From NCBI GenBank assembly GCA_032718475.1, contig JAUCBJ010007596.1, forward strand, positions 1 through 64,000: DNA of 64,000 bases, read 5' to 3'. This document shows, piece by piece, positions 63,636 through 64,000 of the stretch (within the stretch, counting starts at the first letter, position 1; every line of letters starts with the position of its first letter). The notes under the pieces are model-generated. The model searched no databases and was not told where the DNA came from. It saw nothing but the letters and a program-made list of their open reading frames with translations. The DNA is from Nemertoderma westbladi (lineage: Eukaryota; Animalia; Xenacoelomorpha). The position numbers were made by a program, and so were the translations under genes.

Positions 63636-64000
63636 ACACTGAAAAAAGTAAGTGGTGGTATTTTGTTAAAAAACTGCCGGTTTGCAAGAACTACCTGGGG
63701 TTGTTTTGCAACGAAAACCACCGCAGGTTGTTTTAACAAACCGGCGGTAAATAAACGTTGCCAAGAACTGGCAGTTGTGCAAACCGGGGGTTGATTATCT
63801 CTCGTAAAACCGGCGGTTCCTTAACCCCCAGTTGTTTAGAACCTAAAAATGCGTTGTAAAACCTCTGGTATTTTTTATCGCAAGGAACTGCCGGTTTCTG
63901 TAACCTCAGGTTCTGGTTTAACGCAAATTCCCGGTCGAATACTTAATCGGCATTTATTAACCTATGGTTAACTGCTGGTAACTGGCGTTTCAACTATTTA
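63636..64000. repeat. Start of a probable non-autonomous DNA transposon truncating the LINE
   Basis: LINE homology ends abruptly at TACACTGAAAAAA, followed by diverged short tandem units (AACTGCCGGTTT / AAACCGGCGG). The other end lies outside the window. Confidence 0.45.

Overview
AT-rich animal (probably invertebrate bilaterian) genomic DNA, mostly nested transposable elements, with three host genes. These are an intronless DNMT1-type cytosine methyltransferase (9195-12932) that lacks the CXXC finger and GK linker, an intronless membrane fibrinogen-domain (FReD) gene (36271-37239), and the first four exons of a YME1L1/FtsH-like gene (58924-61655). The TEs are a recent full-length 17.5-kb BEL/Pao LTR element (37900-55444; near-identical 1187-bp LTRs, AGCGA TSD, extra zinc-knuckle ORF), the 5' end of a diverged relative on the minus strand (1-5478), two Gypsy elements, a LINE and many non-autonomous DNA elements. 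The main observation is that neither BEL element has a tRNA primer-binding site. In each, the 11-12 nt right after the 5' LTR are perfectly complementary to a segment at the homologous position inside its own LTR. The sequences differ between the two elements but have covaried, which points to tRNA-independent self-primed reverse transcription in a BEL/Pao lineage. Also notable are a pogo-like element carrying a co-oriented array of CTCF-like sites next to the YME1L1 start, and a repeat family whose four traceable insertions all occurred at TGT. All calls are by-eye reading; no searches were run.
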